Made by a program: the position numbers and the translations under genes. Below, piece after piece: positions 29,023-32,321 of a DNA stretch of 32,321 nt (positions within the stretch are counted from its first letter, which is position 1; every line of letters begins with the position of its first letter). The notes under the pieces were generated by a model. The model was given only the letters and a program-made list of their open reading frames with translations, searched no databases and was not told the origin of the DNA. The stretch comes from Sulfurimonadaceae bacterium. GTDB lineage: Bacteria; Campylobacterota; Campylobacteria; Campylobacterales; Sulfurimonadaceae. The stretch is from NCBI GenBank assembly GCA_041562555.1, contig JBFEXS010000015.1, positions 1 to 32,321 on the forward strand. The letters are read 5' to 3'.

Positions 29023-30276
29023 ATCAGCCATTTCAATTGGGATCCCTATTCAGATCAGCCCTATCAGATCAAAGATAAAGCCTTTAAAAAAAGAGAGCGT
29101 AAGAAAGCGCTGTTCTCTTATCTGTATACCCTGATCAGTTCTATTATTGTCTTTCCCATAGCCCTTTTTGTTCTGCCACTCATCAAGAAACGAGAAATCA
29201 ACAGTTCTGAGTTTTTCGGTATGAGTGTCAATCTGGACAAGGAACCCGATCTCACCCCTGCATTGATCAATGAACTGGGTGTTAGACATGTTCTGGTACG
29301 TTTTCCCCTTGCGGATATGGAGAACATGGACCGGTATCTTTCCTTTATCAAAAGCCTTGAATGTGATTCCGTCCTTCTCAATGTCATGCAAGACCCCGAT
29401 CACATCAAAGACTTTTCCCTTTTGGAATCTCAATTCAAGACAGTCTTTACACGTTTCTCCCCCTATGTTACACGTTTTCAGATCGGTACGACTATCAACA
29501 GGGCCAAATGGGGATTCTTTTCTGTCAATGACTTTTTGAGGTTTTACAAAGTCGCCTATACGATCAAGAAAAAAGAGTTTCATGAGATCAAACTTCTGGG
29601 ACCATCCGTCATCGATTTTGAGTACCACTTCCTGGTTCATGCTCTTTTCAACCCTTTCGCACTCAAATATGATGCTGTCTCTGCACTGCTCTATGTCGAT
29701 AGAAGAGGTGCACCGGAAAATACGCAGATGGGTTTTAACCTTATCTCCAAGATTCATCTTCTTTATGCCCTCGCCACCCTCTCACCCAAAAGCAGTAATG
29801 AGGTCTATATCACTGAGACGAACTGGCCGATCTCCAATACTGCCCCCTATGCACCTACCAGTGAAGCTGAGTGTGTCAGTGTCGACCTATACGCTTCGTA
29901 TATGGTGCGCTATTATCTGCAAAGCCTCTGTTCAAACATGATCAAAGCAGTCTATTGGCATCAACTTATTGCACCGGGATTGGGACTCATTGACAACAGA
30001 GGTAACAAGATCCATAAATACCCCGCCTTTCAAGCCTATCAGATCATGCTTGCACAGGTTCAAGATGCACAGATATTGGCGTATATAGAGCATAAATCAT
30101 TTTTTGAAGTCATCATAGACAAAGAGGACAAGATCACGCATATCTTTTGGTGCAATGGAGACAGCTATGCACTTGACTTTGACGTACCAATGCATATCAC
30201 TTCACAATATGGACAGACGCATATCGCACAAACTCTTATGATCAACGATGCTGTGAGCTACTGCACACAGGCCTAG
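29023..30276 (+). CDS. Membrane-anchored clan GH-A-like glycoside hydrolase/hypothetical protein, apparent ATC start
   Basis: ORF 29221-30276 (LLGPS, LYVDRRGAPEN, YITETNWP, VYWHQL, GLID) stays open 66 codons upstream to an ATC placed 6 nt after AAAGGA. The extension adds a TM helix. Confidence 0.65.
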   Translation: MSHFNWDPYSDQPYQIKDKAFKKRERKKALFSYLYTLISSIIVFPIALFVLPLIKKREINSSEFFGMSVNLDKEPDLTPALINELGVRHVLVRFPLADMENMDRYLSFIKSLECDSVLLNVMQDPDHIKDFSLLESQFKTVFTRFSPYVTRFQIGTTINRAKWGFFSVNDFLRFYKVAYTIKKKEFHEIKLLGPSVIDFEYHFLVHALFNPFALKYDAVSALLYVDRRGAPENTQMGFNLISKIHLLYALATLSPKSSNEVYITETNWPISNTAPYAPTSEAECVSVDLYASYMVRYYLQSLCSNMIKAVYWHQLIAPGLGLIDNRGNKIHKYPAFQAYQIMLAQVQDAQILAYIEHKSFFEVIIDKEDKITHIFWCNGDSYALDFDVPMHITSQYGQTHIAQTLMINDAVSYCTQA

Positions 30277-30278
30277 TT

Positions 30279-32087
30279 TTATTTCAAAAACTTCCTGTTT
30301 TCATCCAGTACTTTAAGCAAAAGTCCACTGTCTACACTTCCCTGCTCCATTAAAGCATAGTTCTTCGTTTTTCTGACCTCATTACTGAAGACCTTATTGG
30401 GTAAATTAGAGAACACCATTGTGTTCTTATCCGTATAGACTGCGTTAAAGTTCCAATTCGCTACAAAGGCATAAGGACGCTTATACGCCTCAGACAGCAA
30501 GTCATATCCATTGGAGTAGGCTTCGGAAGGGGTCTCTATTCCGATATAATGCAGCAGGGTTGGGACAATATCTACATGACTTGTTAAATGGCTAATCTCT
30601 CTTGGTCTCTGATCAGGAAACTTGATCATCAGAGGGATTCTTACCTGTGCCTGTGAAAAGGCACTGTTATGTCCAAAATTTCCATATTCATAGAACTCTT
30701 GTCCATGGTCTGAGGTATATATGATGATGGAATCCTCATATAACCCCTTATCCTTTAGCACTTGAATCATCTCGGAAAAAAGAGCATCATTATAGGAGAT
30801 TGAGTTTTTATATTGGTTAAATAGTACCGTTTTTACCGTCTGCTCATCAACACTCAGATAGTTTGTATGTCCGTCATCGTCCGGCAGGTATCGTCTATGC
30901 TCTTTTGGATAAGAACGCCCATGCGGTGCATCCATAAATACAAAAGAGAAGAGAGGTTTGGTAATATCCTGCTTGTTGATCCACCCTTTAAATGCTTGCA
31001 TATTTTGAGCATCTTTTTGAGCCGGAGTACCATCAAAGTCGTCATGAATACATGACCGGACACCTGCATAACAGGTCTGCCTGAATTCAGGCCATTGCGT
31101 ACTGGTACTGGAACTAATATTGATCTGATAGCCTAATGACTCCAAACTATCAAATAATATACTTCCCCTTGAAGCATCTAAAAATCTGAACCAATACGTC
31201 GCATTCAGTCCATACATCAAGGAAAAAATCCCAAAGCGTGTCGCATTCCCCCCTGAGATATGGTTGCGAAAATTAAGACTCTCTTTTGAAAATCGGTCCA
31301 GATTCGGTGTTGTCTCCTCATCAATGACACTTGCACGAACAGAGTCCGAAGCAAAGATAAATATGTTTGTCTTTTTAGCATCATCTGAGATACTCAGTTT
31401 ATCCAAGGGATAGTGAATCTTCTTTTCACTTGAAATATAGGTGCTAACCTCTTTCCTTGCTTCAACACCAAAATATTTATAGGCAAAGCGATTAAAGGTG
31501 AGCGGCTGATATAATGGAATGACAGAAAACTTGGATACGATGTCTGTATTCGCATTAAGCGTTGCTAAACCAAAAGATATCTTTTCAATCAGGACAATAA
31601 GCAACAAAGGCACCACCAGTTTTTTATTCCATACTTTATTCCATGCTTTTATCTTTCCCTCATGCATCGTATGTATGAAACGCAATACGCCCCATTGAAA
31701 CAGTATTAACATCACAATAACACTCACACCGACCAAGTAGGGAGCCAGTCCAAGCTGTATACTGTCAGCGGCGGCCGGAGAAGTGAGAATATTAATGACC
31801 ATGGCATTGATATGAAAATTGTAAAGCCTGTGTATAAAAAAATCGACGATCAAACCGACATCCACCAGAATAAAGACAAACGCGGTAAGCAACAATCCCG
31901 TTTTGTTCATATAACGTAATAGATAGAAGAGTATATATATAATCAACACAAGGGTTGCAGCCGTAGAGATCGATCCCATCGTACTAAGTATAAACGTACC
32001 TACTGTATAACTCTTGTTAAAGAATAAAAAAAGAGTATATAGAGCTGTGGTTAAAAAGAGATTGATCTTTATAAAAAGAGAGAACAT
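30279..32087 (-). CDS. YejM/PbgA-like inner-membrane sulfatase/alkaline-phosphatase-superfamily protein
   Basis: About five N-terminal TM helices, YQPLT, DSVR, HISGGNATRFGIFSLMYG, DAPH, TSDHGQEF, GHNS, SHVDIVPTLL. Confidence 0.82.
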   Translation of the reverse strand: MFSLFIKINLFLTTALYTLFLFFNKSYTVGTFILSTMGSISTAATLVLIIYILFYLLRYMNKTGLLLTAFVFILVDVGLIVDFFIHRLYNFHINAMVINILTSPAAADSIQLGLAPYLVGVSVIVMLILFQWGVLRFIHTMHEGKIKAWNKVWNKKLVVPLLLIVLIEKISFGLATLNANTDIVSKFSVIPLYQPLTFNRFAYKYFGVEARKEVSTYISSEKKIHYPLDKLSISDDAKKTNIFIFASDSVRASVIDEETTPNLDRFSKESLNFRNHISGGNATRFGIFSLMYGLNATYWFRFLDASRGSILFDSLESLGYQINISSSTSTQWPEFRQTCYAGVRSCIHDDFDGTPAQKDAQNMQAFKGWINKQDITKPLFSFVFMDAPHGRSYPKEHRRYLPDDDGHTNYLSVDEQTVKTVLFNQYKNSISYNDALFSEMIQVLKDKGLYEDSIIIYTSDHGQEFYEYGNFGHNSAFSQAQVRIPLMIKFPDQRPREISHLTSHVDIVPTLLHYIGIETPSEAYSNGYDLLSEAYKRPYAFVANWNFNAVYTDKNTMVFSNLPNKVFSNEVRKTKNYALMEQGSVDSGLLLKVLDENRKFLK

Positions 32088-32203
32088 CGTGAATTCATGT
32101 AACCGATCCTTAAAATGTTATCAAATTGTTACACAAATTCATTAAAAAAAAGATTATGATCTACAAAAGCAGATCACCTATCTATATAAACTATCATAAC
32201 CGA

Positions 32204-32320
32204 CTAGAATCGTACTCTAAAACCAATATATCCCGTGTCATTGTACTCATAATCACCGCCTTCAAAATCTGTATCGATTTGGCGATATCCTACAAAGAGG
32301 GTCCCCTGTTCGATGATTTG
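32204..32320 (-). CDS. YfaZ-like outer-membrane beta-barrel, C-terminal fragment entering from the right edge
   Basis: Hand translation QIIEQGTLFVGYRQIDTDFEGGDYEYNDTGYIGFRVRF*; ends in a terminal Phe beta-signal. Confidence 0.6.
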   Translation of the reverse strand, partial: QIIEQGTLFVGYRQIDTDFEGGDYEYNDTGYIGFRVRF

Positions 32321-32321
32321 A

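Noticed and set aside
29050..29757. 235-aa minus-strand ORF
   Set aside because: Antisense shadow of the GH-like gene with no recognisable motifs.
21264..32087. Phase-variable homopolymer tracts in the LPS genes
   Set aside because: No long poly-G or poly-C tracts seen; only short A/T runs expected from base composition.

Overview
This is a chromosomal segment of a Campylobacterota (Epsilonproteobacteria) bacterium, Sulfurimonas/Sulfurovum-like. The assignment is inferred from the gpmI-fabG-acpP-fabF-accA and mraY-murD gene order, the short MurD, an HspR-type operator at groESL and TGnTATAAT promoters. From left to right the window holds: the 5' part of an A-family (aa3/caa3-type) cytochrome c oxidase subunit I gene preceded by an SCO copper chaperone; tRNA-Met; a two-gene lipoprotein module (Cys-rich PhoX/DUF839-like protein plus an uncharacterised diheme c lipoprotein); groES-groEL; a small outer-membrane barrel; rpe-trpF-dnaQ-like exonuclease; the convergent fatty-acid/gpmI block; mraY-murD; two identical tRNA-Phe genes; small accessory genes; an LPS/surface-glycan locus (msbA, waaC, waaL-like, KpsS-like, GT2, kinase, TagF-like, glycoside hydrolase-like, YejM-like); and the 3' end of a YfaZ-like gene. 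No CRISPR array, transposase or integrase was seen. The most notable observations are a ~265-nt multi-helix RNA structure filling the sco-coxA spacer whose closing stem could pair with the coxA ribosome-binding site, the PhoX-like/diheme pair with matching promoter geometry, a perfect PerR-type box upstream of the oxidase operon, and a gene that appears to start at an ATC codon. All structures and motifs were read by eye; no folding software or database searches were run.
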